Positions 13,101 through 28,100 of a stretch of 64,000 nucleotides of DNA are shown in pieces. The stretch is from Phoronis australis (taxonomy: Eukaryota; Animalia; Phoronida): positions 351,877 to 415,876 of the forward strand of contig NMRA01000091.1 in assembly GCA_002633005.1 (NCBI GenBank), in the 5' to 3' direction. The translations under genes and the position numbers were made by a program. The notes beneath the pieces are model-generated. The model was not told the origin of the DNA and ran no database searches. It worked only from the letters and a program-made list of their open reading frames with translations. The first letter of the stretch is position 1; each line of letters opens with the position of its first letter.

Positions 13101-16100
13101 GACATAATAATTAAATTAAAACAGCATAAGAACTGAAAGGACAATCGGTGTTTTCACAAGTTCACAATCACGCAGTAGATTTAGGGAACTTAGTTTAGTC
13201 CGTATTTGGGACTGTTTTACGCAACCGGCCACTGACGACAAGATTTCTTGCTCATACAATATTGAGCAGCAGTCCATAGTCACAATACTACAGCATGTGT
13301 TGATAACACTACAGATCTTATGCGACAAGAATCCTGCTAAGTTCAAACGAGCGTTAATTATGTTAGGACAGAAATATTGCGATTCTTAACACAGTGATAA
13401 ATCATTGCAATAAAGACAACAGAGAAACTTTTACATAACAAGAGCTGATGATTTAAAAGTGGGTTAACGTCAGAAGAATCTTGTCCAAGTTACTGCCTGT
13501 GGAAAACAATGGAGTACTACTATAGCTCTCAATGTTATGTACAACCTCGTCGTCAAGACTGTGTATCCAAGTTTCTACAAAACTATATATTTTAATCCGG
13601 TAAAAGCAATATTTTCTGAAAATGGAAAGCTTCTACCATTTGATTTTTGACTTTATACCAATTTTACATTAATTGGGTCATGTGACCATGCTTTTTGCTG
13701 AAATTTAAAAAAGAAATGAATACTATACTAATAGTAAAACTAAGGTTTGTTTTTTTCAAAATCATGATAAAAGTTTAATTGATAGCCCTCATGCAAAAGT
13801 GTCAGTAGCAATTGAAAAGCAATCCATTAAAGCATTGTATACCACACTTTTGAAAAAAAAAATCTCCACAAAGGTTGACAATTACCTTAAGTGACCCAAT
13901 AGCATTTATTTTCGTAAAGCAAGTCAGTTTCCAGTTTTGCTGTTTACCTTTACTTCATGATCTTGACCATGCTAGAACATACCTGCATCTATACTATGAA
14001 GATGTTCCACAATCACCCAATTTTTATCATGGACTGCACCAAATTTTAAAATAAGGAGGGCAGCAACATCACTGGCCGTAAGTCCTTCATGGATGACAAG
14101 GGTCTTGTGCGAAGACTCGTCACTGTAGAAGTTGACACATACCTGGCAATAACACAGAACATGATGTGACAAATTGACCTCAAGGTATGTTCAAATGGGC
14201 AGGTGTTCCAGCACAAATTGCCCCGCTAAAAAGATGACAGTGCACAGTTGACTGTGTGGAAGGAAGTAAAAGCATACCCAGCTTGGCACCAGTGAGACTT
14301 GAGGCAGTACAACTTGGGTCACATGTACTCGTGTTTACCTTTTTGTGGCAATCAATCAGTTTTAGCAGAACCGGGACTTTGCTTGACTATCACGGTAAAA
14401 TGCCCGTATTCCCATGCCCTTTACTGAAGGAGACACAATTGTTTCCTTTGGCTCACACGCGAAACTCCTGTCAGCATGTACTGATCACTGAGACAGCGCT
14501 TGTCGAGTGTATTTCATTTGCCATGGAAGAACTAGCAAAGCAGTACGTGAGAGGAATTTCAAGTCCGTGGCCAACCTTTCTGTGATTTCCACGTCAGTAC
14601 ACGAAACATAACCACCATGACCCTGAGCACACGAGCACGCTGGACTGTTCTTACATGACCAACGATATTGGAAACTCCACGGACATTGTTTTGGACGGAA
14701 ACCACACATGAATCATATTTTGGCAGCCGACCTAGTACCTCTATTGCCTAATAGTAGTACCGTGCGTTTGTTGAGCACGTGCTTTGAACAAGAGCAGTGT
14801 TGGCTTTCAACTCAAAAAGAAATATATAATGTATAATATATAAAACAACAAGAATGGATCAACTGAAATTTTCGGATATAATGACATCCTTCGTCAACAG
14901 AAACAGAAATATTAAGTAAAATCAAACACTATATGACAATTGACATTTAAGATGTGGCGTAATGAATATGATACATTGTTGTGGAAAAAATTCAATGATA
15001 TAATTTAAGAAGTTTTTATGTTTAATACATGAGTTTCTAGTGTATTGAGCTTGTCTATCCAAAATTGTTCTCTTTTGAGTCTGTGAGGGGTACTGGGGTG
15101 TTGGAGTTTTTCTATTATTTGTACAGAAAGATCTTGAAGATCATGGTTTTTGGAATTGAAATGATTACCAATTGTTGGCACGTATTTGGTTGCAAAGGGT
15201 CCAGGGGGAGCAAATCTTTACACAAACCATAATCTTCAAGATCTTTCTGTACAAATAATAGAAAAACTCCCAATACCCCAGTACCCCTCACAGACTCAAA
15301 AGAGAACAATTTTGGATAGATAAGCTCAATACACTAGAACCTCATGGATTAAACATAAATTAAAACTTCTTAAATTATATCATTGATTTTTTTCCGCAAC
15401 AATGTATCATATTCATTACGCCACAGATCTGGATTGCCTTATTTAGTTTCAGATTTATTTCTACCTTATAATGTATAAAAAATGTTACATTGTTCAAATT
15501 AAGTTCAAAGTACTCAGTAAGAAGACCTGTCAATCATTGGCACGTGTTTGGTTGCCAAAGGGTTCAGGGGGAGCAAATCTTTACAAAATCAAATACATCC
15601 CCCTAGAAATGCTTGATCTGCCTTTTCTCTCATGAAACTTGCACTACTGAACGCACGCCTGCCTGTAGGAAAACTTTAGTTATAAGAGATGACGAGCAAC
15701 GACCGAGGTACGTTAAAACCCAATCACGCTTGTGATCATGGCCCCACTGTATTGTGTGCACTATTCCACTTCAGGCCATCGAAGTCCGTTACTTCAATCC
15801 GCCGACCTATATTTTAACTGAAGATAGGCTTGAAGTCCGACGTCAGTGTAGCTCTTTGTGAGGGTAAAATCAGTCCTCCATGCAGTAAGCAAAAACTCTT
15901 GACTTTTCAAAAATTTCGACTTTAACCGCCCATGCTCGGCTTACCGCCCACCCCGGTTTTTGAGATTCCCAAGTTAAGCGTCCTGGGTCGTAACGCTGAC
16001 GAGTACGGTATAATTCGACATACTCTACACATAAGTGGAATGAAGTAATTGATGAAAAGCAGTAGTTATCAGGTCAGAATTTTAAAAGCAACTTAAGAAG

Positions 16101-19100
16101 AAACAAATACTGGAACTAATGAACTCGTGTGTTGGTGACTGCATCCGCAATCATATACTTCAGTTTGGTTACTAATGTTTCAACCACTACATGGAGCTTT
16201 TATTAGGCAGCACAGTTGATTGGCAATTATCCTGACTCATATGTGAGTCAGTTGAAATCTTAAGCCCAGTGCTTGTTCAAAGATGGTTTCTCTATAGGTT
16301 CGTATAATGCCTCCCTTTTGTAATACTTTCATTTGGTACTTCTCATAAAACAACTCTGGTTTCAAAAATAGTCTCCTGTACTACAGAATATGATGAAATA
16401 CAATACAGCCGCATGTGGCCCTATTATACAGACAAAGAGTTGACACAAAAGCATCTCCAAGTACTGTTTCATTCCACCTACACAACCAACACTAAGTGTG
16501 CTATCACTGCGCACTAAATAGCCTACTACATAAGACTTCTTTTCAGAATTCTGTCCTTGACTTCACCAGTTAGACAAGCAAGGATATTATTTAAAAACAG
16601 TTTGTGAGTAGTAATAATGTCAAACTGTCTAAAAGTCCTCTGGGGAAAACCATCAGATGCACACTTAATGTAAGGGACGATGACCCGTGTAGAGAAAGCA
16701 GGTCTTAAGAAGGAGGGTAATCTTAGACTTCAACTCTTTCACCTATAGGACGAGACCATCGCCACCGATCTATATCAGATGCCAAGCTGAAATCTGCAAG
16801 ATGCTGATGTAGTGTTGCTAATGCAAGCTCATTAGCTCTAATATTCGATTTATTTCCTTCCTCATCTGCTACAACTGCACGTCTCAAACTTTAATATTAA
16901 GCTTTAACAACTTAGTCTACACAGGCACTTTAACGCCTTAGTCTACACAGGCACTTAAACGCCTTAGATTACACAGGCACTTTAACGCCTTAGTTTACAC
17001 AGGCACTTCAACGCCTAAGTTTACACAGGCACTTTAAAACCTTAGTTTACGCAGGCACTTTAACGCCTTAGTTTACACAGGCACTTCAACGCCTTAGTTT
17101 ACGCAGGCACTTTAACGCCTTAGTTTACACAGGCACTTTAAAGCCTTAGTTTACACAGGCACTTTAACGCCTTAGTTTACACAGGCACTTTAACGCCTTA
17201 GTTTACACAGGCACTTTAATGCCTTAGTTTACACAGGCACTTTCCTCCCATAAATCACGCACAGAAAATACATCCATCTATCCTATGATGGCTTATTTTC
17301 TTTCGACAGTAGACACAATATTCCCAGTCAATAATAGTTCAAGGTATAATGTAACTTAGCAATAAAAATGTGCAAAATTACTAAGTGGCAATAAAGCTAC
17401 AAAATTCATTGTTTTGCTATATACAAATTACCAAGTCACAATGTTGCCTACCAGACATTCGCTAAAATTAAAACCAATGTCTTTACCATTAAAATACCAG
17501 TAAAATACTCTGCTATGTAACATGTGACTCAGTGGTAGACCATTCCACTACTACTGTGAGCTAACAGGTTCAATCCCGCGCTACTGTTGATTTCCATAAT
17601 ATTGCTTTTCTCGATGACCAGATCCCCTTAAGGTCATGACCTTACATGTCTGCTTCTCTTCTCGACTTAGTGAAATGGAAAAACACAGCAACTTTGTCGT
17701 TCAATCTAGCTGTGCACTTAGCTAGTCACTCAACATCCACTAACAAAACACATGTCGCCCAAATGTTTGGTACATTACTTGATAGTACATACTTTTAACA
17801 TTCAACCATTTTTTAAATTCTATATTTGTCAGTTTTTAGAGTAAACATAAAACATTAGCCGGTGGCTATTATCATTAACAATTTTAAATAATTGAGACAT
17901 ATCAGAAACAAGCAAACAAACAAGACACTATACATCCAGGCTACCACAAACCCTACACGTTTCCCTTGAAATCAAATCATTAAGTGATCGACTCTCTCTT
18001 ATATGTCTGGGTAGAGAATTCCACAGTCGCGCACCAAAAGATGAGAGAGAATTAAGCCCATACCTCGTGGTTCGAGCATGACTGACATGAAGTGAGTGAC
18101 CCCGTGATCTTAAACTGTAGGGGGTTTCTTTCATCTCAAACACCAAACACGTCCTACATAAAACTGGTAGACAAGTGGTACACGGCCCTGAAAACCTCCA
18201 CCAGAATAGAAGCATAATTTTCATTTCCTCTTGGCTCAGTGAGTAGCTTTCCCCACACAGGCGTGTTACAAACCTGTCCAATAGCTGCCCCAAAACCTAA
18301 AACATAGACTGTACAAAAAGCTCATCACTTACCCGTCGTTGGCTATCACCCGATTTCCATTCTGTTGGTCTGAAGCTCGGATGGGAGCCCCATCGAGTAG
18401 ACTAGAATTAGAATCAACAAAGAATTGTCAATAAACAAACATTGGAAATATAAATTACACTTTTATTCCGTTTCCATGTACCATAGAAAGCTTGCTTGAT
18501 AATCTCATTTTCTACCTAATAATTCAATCTTGCGTCAAAGGGGAAATTGATAATGAGAGGACAATGGAAGGACTAATCAAAAGAATATTAAGCACAGTTG
18601 ACGCAAGAAAATGTTTCAGAGTTTATTAGGGTTCGAAAATGACACATGTATACAATGAAAAGGAAATAGAATCCTATCACAAAATACAGAGATTATGACG
18701 AGCCCAATTTGAAGACAACGAAAGACCTAATTTGATCGTTGTTTTTTAGCCAGCTATGCAAGGCAACATGCACAGTCAGGTTTCTTGATTACCATGGCAT
18801 CTGTGATAACTGAATACTTTTGATCAAAAATCTTTCAGAGGAATGACAAAAGACTTCGGATTCAAACTTTTATCAAATATTCTGTCTGACATTTGGAGAA
18901 ACACTATGAAAGCTAACAACATCCGACAAGCGAGACACAAACTAGTGACATTTCGTTTACACTCAACAACTAAGTTGAAAGTATCAATGAACTCAGGTTC
19001 TGTCAAAGACTTTTGATGCTAAAAATCAATGACTTTCACAGCAAGGAAATTTTTGAGACCAGGGTCTGCTTCATGAAGACACAAGTCAGAGAACTTGGGT

Positions 19101-22100
19101 CTTTCGCTCCACACAGCTTTCTATGAAAAATCATTAAATCTCACTACGGCTAAAGTGCAAAGTCTCTGAGAATATACACACAACTTCTAGTTCTTGAAAC
19201 ACCACCTAAAAATCATTTTTATACTGTGATGTGCTCATAACTGCATGGCTCTATCATTATTCAATAACTGTGAATTGGGAGTACAAGACCAAAATTTCCG
19301 TGAGTCCGTGAGGTAATCGGCATACTTCGTTATTGCTGTGTTTAGGGCATGTGTATGGAGGACATGGCCTTCAGGTAAAATGTAAGGAGAGAGTTTATTT
19401 TGCACCTTTACACTACACGACCTGGGGAAATGATCTTTTCTAATTGACAACAACAAAACAATTATATTCAACATCCTGTTTTGACAGTAACATGCTCATT
19501 AGAACAATCCAGATAATGGGACCAATTTGACGCCTTCCCCTAAGGAAACATTAAAGGAAACATGAAAGGCAACATTAAAGGAAACATGAACTGTTCTGAG
19601 GATAACAGTTGAAAAAGAAACTAAGTTTTGAATAAGACCACCTGTCACTACAAAAATTGGACTCAACTTGACGTAATGTTTAGATTAGAAGTGATCTTTG
19701 GTCTAGCAAAGAACTCAAATTTCTCGAGCTTGGTCTTAAAAAATAACTGCCAGGTCTTTTTGAGCACAGAGATCGCCTCTAAACTCAACAAGGAACAAAA
19801 TAAATTTCGTAGCGGTTAAAGTAGCTTAAATGAAAACCTGGTTTTTGACAGAAAGCGCAGGTTTTAAGCCACTTAATTACAAAAAAATATCAAAATAGCA
19901 ATGTCAGAAGAACGTCGACAGCAAATGCAATACGTCAAAAACTAAAGCAAGCTAAATACAACATTTTGATTTCTTAATTGAGATCATAATAGTATTGACA
20001 ATATAACTAAAACTAAAAAAGTTCAAATTAAGGAATGTTAGAAAATATCAACAAGTACAGAGTAAATTTAACCTGAGTCATCAACTGTTAGAAGTATTGG
20101 GATAACATTATTGGCATTGACATGGTGAAGATGTTTTAGCATTAGACACTCAGATTGAATGGCCTTGTTATCAAATCAGTGATTCTGTAGTATGTTCCTT
20201 ACACGAGGTTACACTAGGTTACACTAGGTTACACTTCTAGTGGTCAAAACGCCAGCAGTTATTCTGTGGTGAAAATTCTAACATTTTTGCCAAATACTGG
20301 CGCTTTCAACATAGGAAAGAGTGCAGTCCGCTCAGGAACGGGTGGTGTCCCCAACGGTACTGCCATCAGTTGATTTGTTCTTACCACCTGTATCTCATTC
20401 AAATCGAGACTAAGTGATGAAGCACATCCACTCTCTGCCATCAGCTCATTAGCACAAAGTTCACAACTTATCCGCGGAATAAATTTGATTGTTGCCTGAC
20501 GTACAATAGTAATTTGACACATGATTATACGACGTCATTACCGCTATTCAGCAATCTGGCCTTGACTACAAATGTGCTAGCAAAAACACCAGTAGTTCTG
20601 GGGTAAAAAAAAATAATTGCAGATGATCTGATACAAGTTGTTCCAGACGTGCGCAGGCCGCACTTGTGGGCCCATTGCACTGATCACCTGGAAATATCTT
20701 TGTGTTTTACGTATTTATTTAATATATAGTTAAAACCGAGCTGAGGAGCTAGAAACCTGACTCAAGGGTTTAGCAGTGTGGCCCAGTGGTACTCAAACCC
20801 ACGACCTCGGGTAAAGAGGGCGAGCACCATCACACGAGGACACACTGCCTCCTCTTAGGTAACTCAAACCACCAGCTGATTAAGGTGATCCTCGCAACTA
20901 TTCAAACTAGTGGCGTTTTTGCTATTAAAGAGAGTGCTACCGAAAACGCAAGCATTTTAACCAGCTTGTGAACGGGGTACGGTATTAGATTTTCAGCCAC
21001 ACCACCAACTACATCACTCAAGGGAAAAAGACTGTTAATAAATTGAAATTATTGTATCAAAACAAGCAAATTGCAATATATTAGAACCAGGAGGCAGAGA
21101 TAAGGACCTTCAGTACTGAGAATTTCAGTGTCAGTTTAATCAAATGGAAAAACTGTGAATTCTTAAAAAACAAAACTGTTCTCTCTAATTTCAAGTAAAT
21201 TTTTATTCGATATACGCAGTACACATTTGCTGACTCTGTACTTAACACCTCCGTGGTTTTTGGCCATATTTTAGACACAAATAATTACTTAACAAAACTT
21301 GTGGGGTGGAGCCTGCATTTCCATCATGCTCAGTTGTAGTCGCAATAGAACGGATTTAATGAGTTCAACATAATTTTTCGAATTATGGTATCAACAAATT
21401 TTCCTCCTGCCAGTAAACGAACAGAAAAATGTTACGCATTTTGAAAATAAAGCAGTTATATTTTAAAAAGTTAAAATATTAATCTAAAACTCACTACAGT
21501 CAGCTTTCTACGCTGTTACAAGGAATTAGACAACAGAAAGCATTACCAACTTCGGAAACCATAATTAGTCCAGGGATGAGTCTCACACATACAGGCGTTG
21601 GATTGGAGACGGACGCTGCCATAGCCACTTACCGGCATTCTGAACTCATTTCTGCCACGCCGCCCAACAGGTGGCGTTAGCAGTCCACTTTTCACACGCA
21701 CCTGTGTGGCAGGACTAGCTGGCGCAGTCCGCGACCCCTGGGTGACCTCAGTGTGTTGAGGCGACTTCTCCAACTCGGGAAATGGGTTAGGCAGGAGCGA
21801 AGACGTCGGCCCCACTGGAAGTGGCATACTTCGTTTCTGAGCTTCTGTAAAATGTTTCAGTTGTAACTGTTAGTAGTAAATTATCACCAATCTAAGACCC
21901 AATATGACAGACAAGGTAGGTAACCCTGGCAATGCCTTCTTACGATAGAACATCAATTGCTGTCAAGAAAAGGAAAATTTGAGACCAGTTTGCTGATACT
22001 TATCAGCCTCTATTTGTCACATTGAAATTTGGACCATGCACAGGTAAGGAAACATCCCCGAAAATAGATTTGTTGAAAGACACTAACACGTGATGAAAAG

Positions 22101-25100
22101 TCCTTGGACACAAGATGTTGTAATGTGAATTCGCGAACAGACAACATCCATTTACCTGGTCTCTGAATCATCAAGTAACTATCCGAACTAATTCATTGGT
22201 ATTTATGCCTGAACTACCCATCTATTCTGACAATAACGCTCGTTCTTTGGTTGCATAACAGCAGCGGAGATGTTAGGTTCCAGTTGAAGGCTATTAGTTC
22301 GTAATAGCCAGGAAACATATGAGGCTCATGAACTAATTACTCTATTCAATCTGTCACATTTAAGTTGTGAAAGGTTTACAGCACTAAAAGTAAAACCTCG
22401 GCACTTATTAAGTGAAGTGTTGCCATTTTCATGAAAGTTAAGTAACACCAAATAAATGTTTTATAATTTAAAGGGGCATTTCGCCATTGCTTAGCTGCCA
22501 AGATTTGTCATAAACTCCATATATACATGATTTACAAAGAACTACACAAAAATTGTAACAAACCTGTGTTTTGTGGCCGAAGATCATGGATTGTATATTC
22601 ATAAGGTTCAATCTCCGTATACGCGAGGTCGGACACAAGGGAGGAAGTTTCAGATTGTAATAACGGTTGTTGCTCACTTGGAAACGAGCTCTGCAGATCT
22701 GTTATCAACGCCTCCAGATTCACATCATCTGCAAGAAAGACAAATTCCACAACGTCTGAACTTTCGTAGGCTGGAGCATCTGTAGAATTACAAATTTTTC
22801 ACACTGAAAAAGCGCGAGTCAGTACACAGGCAGAGATTACAGTTACCAGAGTGGAGAGGAGAAACCACAAATTTCTGCTGGCAATAAAGTAGTCTTAAAA
22901 GTTATGTAACATCTTATCCACAACTCTCTGTGCAATCAGCCAAATATCTACCAAACTATGAGAGGAATACCCTGCATCTTCTACAAGCAGGAAGCCTGTA
23001 GAATGTTCTTCTGACGTAACCAATCTATCATGGATTGGGTCATTTGATCATATCTCTTTAGTGCAATTTAGCAAAAATATGAAGGCAAGATTAGCATAAC
23101 AGCGGTATCAATAAAGTGACTAAATTTTAGTCATCATAAATGTTCAAGACGTAACCTCATCAAAAAAATTTGTTTTTTTATTTATGATTACGTTCACTTG
23201 TTTCGCACAAAGTAAATTAACTTTCTTTACTCAGAGTGTGACAAACAAAATGACTATAGATGGCAGGTGTGCGAAATTAACTATATATAACCAAGCATCG
23301 CCAACTGGCCATTGTTGAATCCTGTCAGTGGAAGGACTTAGGAAGATACTGAAGCAGGTGAAGCATCATGGGAAATAAAAATGGAGTAAACCACTGTTTT
23401 TTTACCTAAATTAGCAGGGATATGCCTAGCCACTCGCCCAGTCGCCGATGCGACTAAAAACTGTATTGGGCAAGTAAAAGATCACAGGCCAGTCGCTCAG
23501 GTGGCGAGTGAATTTTCAGAGCACTGCTGCACTCTGTCGTACCCCAGACTTTTGTAGGCTCCAAATAAACTTTCTCTTTCATTTGGTGTTTTTATCCTGA
23601 ATTTAAGGTTAACTTTAGTACATGTCTCAGTGCTCCAGCAGTAAAAAAAAACATCGACACAGTGCGCTCTAACCTAGCCAGTGGACATTTAACTTAATGT
23701 TGATTTGTCTAGACGAAAGATCACAGTGAGTGCAAGACATTTTTATGAAAACAATACTCGGGGCTTACCGATGAACAAAGTCGGTACCCGAAATATCGGC
23801 GATGTTTTATTTTGTGACAACCTAAGTGAAGAAATTGAATGGCGTGTGATTTCGAAACTTCGTAAGCCGCCTTACTGCGAGCAGCTTAGTTGGCGACATG
23901 AAAGTTGAATCAGCCCTCTCCAACTGACATGTGTATTCAAGTAACTAAGTATCAGGAGTACAAGCATAGCATAATGCACGAACCACCTACAAACCTATCA
24001 ATCAGGCATATGAACCTATCAATCAGGCATACGAACCTATCAATCATACATATGAACGCAAAAATAACGCATACGAACAAAAAAAATCGTACAAACCACA
24101 AAAATCACACATACATATGCGTGATTTTTGGTTTCCTATGCATGGTCCGTATGCATGATCCATAGGTTCGTAGGTGGTTCGTGGGAAAGACTCTATGGTA
24201 CCTCCGAATATGCAACGTGATGTAGGAGAAAATACACTTTGGAAAATAACCACGACTTTTCTATGACTGAACTGTTATATAATTGTGAGCAAAGTCGTCA
24301 AAGGTAGATAACTCTTAAGTGCAACAAACTACCATATTCGCCCTAATAAGAACCCATGCCCCTATAAGCGCCCCCATGCTTTTTCAGACTTTGTTAAAAT
24401 AAGCGCCCCGGCCCATGAACGTCTGCATGTGAAAAATACCTTACCTACAGTTCTAAAATTCTACAGTAATGTCTTCAATTTACCAATTAAATCCGACAGT
24501 CCTGAAACAATCATTGGCCACGGCATGAGCCTCGCTGCCATGTCAGCATTTAGCCGTGACTATACACTGCCGCCGTGCTTCAAAAAGGACGCAAAAGTTT
24601 TGCTGATCTTACGAGGAACGTGTCCCATAATGGTCTGGCCTTTCAAAACAGACGCAGCGTACATGTCAAAAGGATTTATTGTATCTTTCTTTCCCCTACA
24701 GATCTTCTCCCTCAATAGGAATCCAGATTTCTTTGTACACGTGAAAACCGCAAATCGAAAACTAATAAAAACTTGATCTGTGTTTAAAGCACGTGGCCAG
24801 GAGCGCAGCCTACCTAGATGTATCAGTACCTTTCACTGAAGACATTAGTCTTCAGGAACTATCTATTCATGAAATGGGTAGCATAGCACCGGCAAGAATT
24901 ACCCTAATTTCCAAAAGGTTCTAATACAATAAAAACGTTTGCGTTATTTTTAAGAGGAACTATTTAATTAATCGTAATTGGTGTTTTTAAAGTCAAAATG
25001 ACCCATTGATAGTGAACACTTCCACACCTTTACACCCCCGAATCTCCCGTAAAATAACTTCTAGACTGTCACGCATCCAGTCATCCGGCGACTCAATGAC

Positions 25101-28100
25101 ATTTAATTTCGGCCTGACTGAGACAATTCTCCAACGGAATTAGCAGGTGAGATCAACAAGTGCTAAATAAACACATTTCTTTTTCTTTACTGCTTGTGTT
25201 AATTTCTTTAGTTACAATGCACACCTATATTGTTACATGGCGTTTACTGTCAGTAGCAAATGAACTCTGATGACATGCACGCACTCGCTCACTCACACAC
25301 ACGCAGACGAATTTCAAAACAAATATCACGTGACAACAGATTTTTCTTGTGTTGCGGGGTACGATCTAGCGCAGATTTGGACTTACCATCTGCAGTTAAT
25401 TCTGACTAAACAGGAACTTAAAAATCTTAGGTACGCTATTTTGAAAACTTAAGGAGGACTTCAGGTAATTTGTTGAGTCGAAACTATATTTTTATTCAAG
25501 AATTCAAGTTGATCAGCAATCATGAGGCAGGGACGCATAAGTCGGCGAGTTTTTGCCCTGGGATTGCAGTACAATTTTCTGAAAATGAGCGTAATTTAAC
25601 AACGAAGTTTGATAACATTTCACCACAATTTGTCGTAGGCTACAGATACGTCCCAGAGCGTAAATTTGATGAATCCTAGCTTACGATTTCACCTGTTTCG
25701 GGAACCGGGTTTCAACCCCCTTAGGCAATAACCCCACCCCGGAAACGAATTTTTCTAAGCTCCCTGGGCACTTATTAGGGCGAATACGGTGCTTCCTTTT
25801 GTTCACAGTCCAAATTTTGGAACACCAATTTACGTGATCATGGTCTTTAACCTGAATGCTTGCAATAATAAAGAATTGAACAACAGCAGTAGTAAGAAAT
25901 ATTAGGCCTTGGCATATCCCTGTTAAAACAGTAAGAATTCTTCATGACAACAAGGTTGTCATTTTTTCAAGTTCCAGAAGTTTGCCATTATAGTATCTAG
26001 CACAGTACTATAATCAGTAGAGAATATTTAATTCCCAAAAACATGAAATGTTCATTTGATCATAACAGTTTTTATTAACACAAAGTTTTTCTTCGGAGTT
26101 TTTTGAAACTGCCAATCCCAACAGTGTTTTCTCATTTTTAGCTTCAAACCAGAAAATTTCCCAAATTGGACAATTAAATTCAAGGAACGTCTCAAAGCCC
26201 TTTCCTAATACATTACTACCGAAGCTTCGACATTAACCGTGGTAAAACCCGAAGTTAAGCGTTAGATTAGAAGTGTCACTACTATTTGACAGAAAATTCA
26301 AATGGCCAAAAGGTGGCTCTGAATTGGGACGAAAGAAGCCAACTCTAGTTTATTAGTTCAATGCCTGCGATAGAAAACTATTCTAGTGTCAGGAGCATGA
26401 CACGTCATTTTTTGTTATTTCTTGGTCTTCTGAATTTCACTTAATCAAGACCCGAGCACGGACAACTAAGCATTTGCCCCATGTTCTTCATCGCGGTATT
26501 GCGGTAGTAGGCTATACCAACGTATCTGGCGTAATAAACATTCCCCCTTACGCTCTTAATAACAAACTATATTATTAACCAATAAAGTACTGATGTTATT
26601 TCACCAGCTATTTACTATCAGAGCTGAGTCATCACTCACTCTTCAAGCAAAATTGGGAAAACGCCTCGGAGACAAATGACAAGGAATGGAGGTCTAAGAC
26701 TTTACGACTGGATCCCTCCAAATGGGAAGGTTGACATTGTCTGATAAGAACATATTTCACAAATATCCATCAAGGAACTCATCAACAGAAAGGCAAGGTC
26801 AATAGCGGGATAAAAGATTTGTCTGAAAATGAACACTGGTTGTGTCTCCCTTGATAGGAATGCAATCTCAAGAATTCATGATAATCCTTCAAGGGGTTTG
26901 AGCTATACAGAAGTGTGTGTCGGACATCCAATGCGGAAGACAACAATATGCAATCACATATTTTGTACATGGGGTAAAAACAATAAAAATATAAATACCA
27001 ACTATTGCCACAACATATACCGTATTCACCCTAATAACCGCCCAGGGCGCTTAGAAAAGTTCGTTTCAGGGGGGGTGCTTATTATAACCCAGGCCGTTGA
27101 AACCCGGTCTCCGAAACGGGTGAAATCGGAAGCCAAGATTCATCATATTTATGCTTTGTGACGTATCTGTAATCTATGAAAGACTTTCTACAAAACCGTG
27201 GTGCATTGCTATCAAACTTTGCTGCTAAATTACGATCATTTTACAGAAAATTGTGCTGAAATCCCAGGGCGAAAACTCGCCGACTATTTGCCTCGCAATC
27301 GTCCATATGGTGACTTGAATGCTTGAATAAAAATACAGTTTCGACTCAAGCAAATTACCTGAAATCCTCCTTAAGTTTTCCAAGTAGCGTCCCTAAGATT
27401 TTTTTTAAGTTCCCAGCAAGTTTAAGTACAAATCTGTGCTAGTACATGGTGCCATTTACATGTATGATGGCAACATGAGACAAATGTCAGACTGAATTAA
27501 CACACATGTTGTTGTCACGTGACGTTTGTTTTGAAGTTGTCTGCGTTTGGGAGTAAGCGAGCGCGTGCATGTCACCAGAGTTCATTTGCCAGAGCAGATA
27601 CCGTCTTTTGGCCAGAGCCACGCAATCTAACGAGCTAGATGTGCATTGTATCTAAAGAAATTTGCACAAGCAGTAGGCCTAAACCAGAGCGTGTTTCATT
27701 CAGCACTTGCCGGTCTCATGTGCTAAAAACGTTCGACATTTGTCTCAGTAAGGCCATATTAGTCGCCGTGTGGCTGGATGCGGCGTACGTGACTATCTGA
27801 CGGTTATTTTTCGGTGTAAGGGTGTGTAAGCATTCACTGTCAGTGGTCATTTTATCGGATATTTGGCTTAAAAACACCAATTATGGTTAATCAACAATTC
27901 ATCTTAAAAATAACGTAAAATTTTTTCATAATATTAGAAACTATTGGAAATTAGTGCCAATATTCATTTCTTGCCGATGCTATGCTACCCGTTTCATGAA
28001 TGGATAGTTCCCGACTAATATCTTTGATGACAGGTTCATGTATGTAGCGCGCGCTTCCTGGCCACGTGCTTTTAACAGTTTTCACGTGTAGGCCTGCAAA

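Noticed and set aside
14256-14709. 109-aa and 74-aa overlapping ORFs
   Set aside because: No recognisable motif or phase-compatible splice sites; intronic.
16902-17243. CRISPR-like array
   Set aside because: 26-bp units are head-to-tail with no unique spacers, there are no cas genes, and the context is a eukaryotic intron.
17523-17585. Functional tRNA gene
   Set aside because: A/B boxes are present but acceptor and anticodon stems do not pair; the same applies to 20735-20853 and ~29185-29255. Treated as SINE relics.
24429-24776. Apparent conserved small protein pair with ORF 28082-28312
   Set aside because: Similarity comes from two copies of the same non-autonomous transposon; indels and ORF ends differ and there is no transposase motif.
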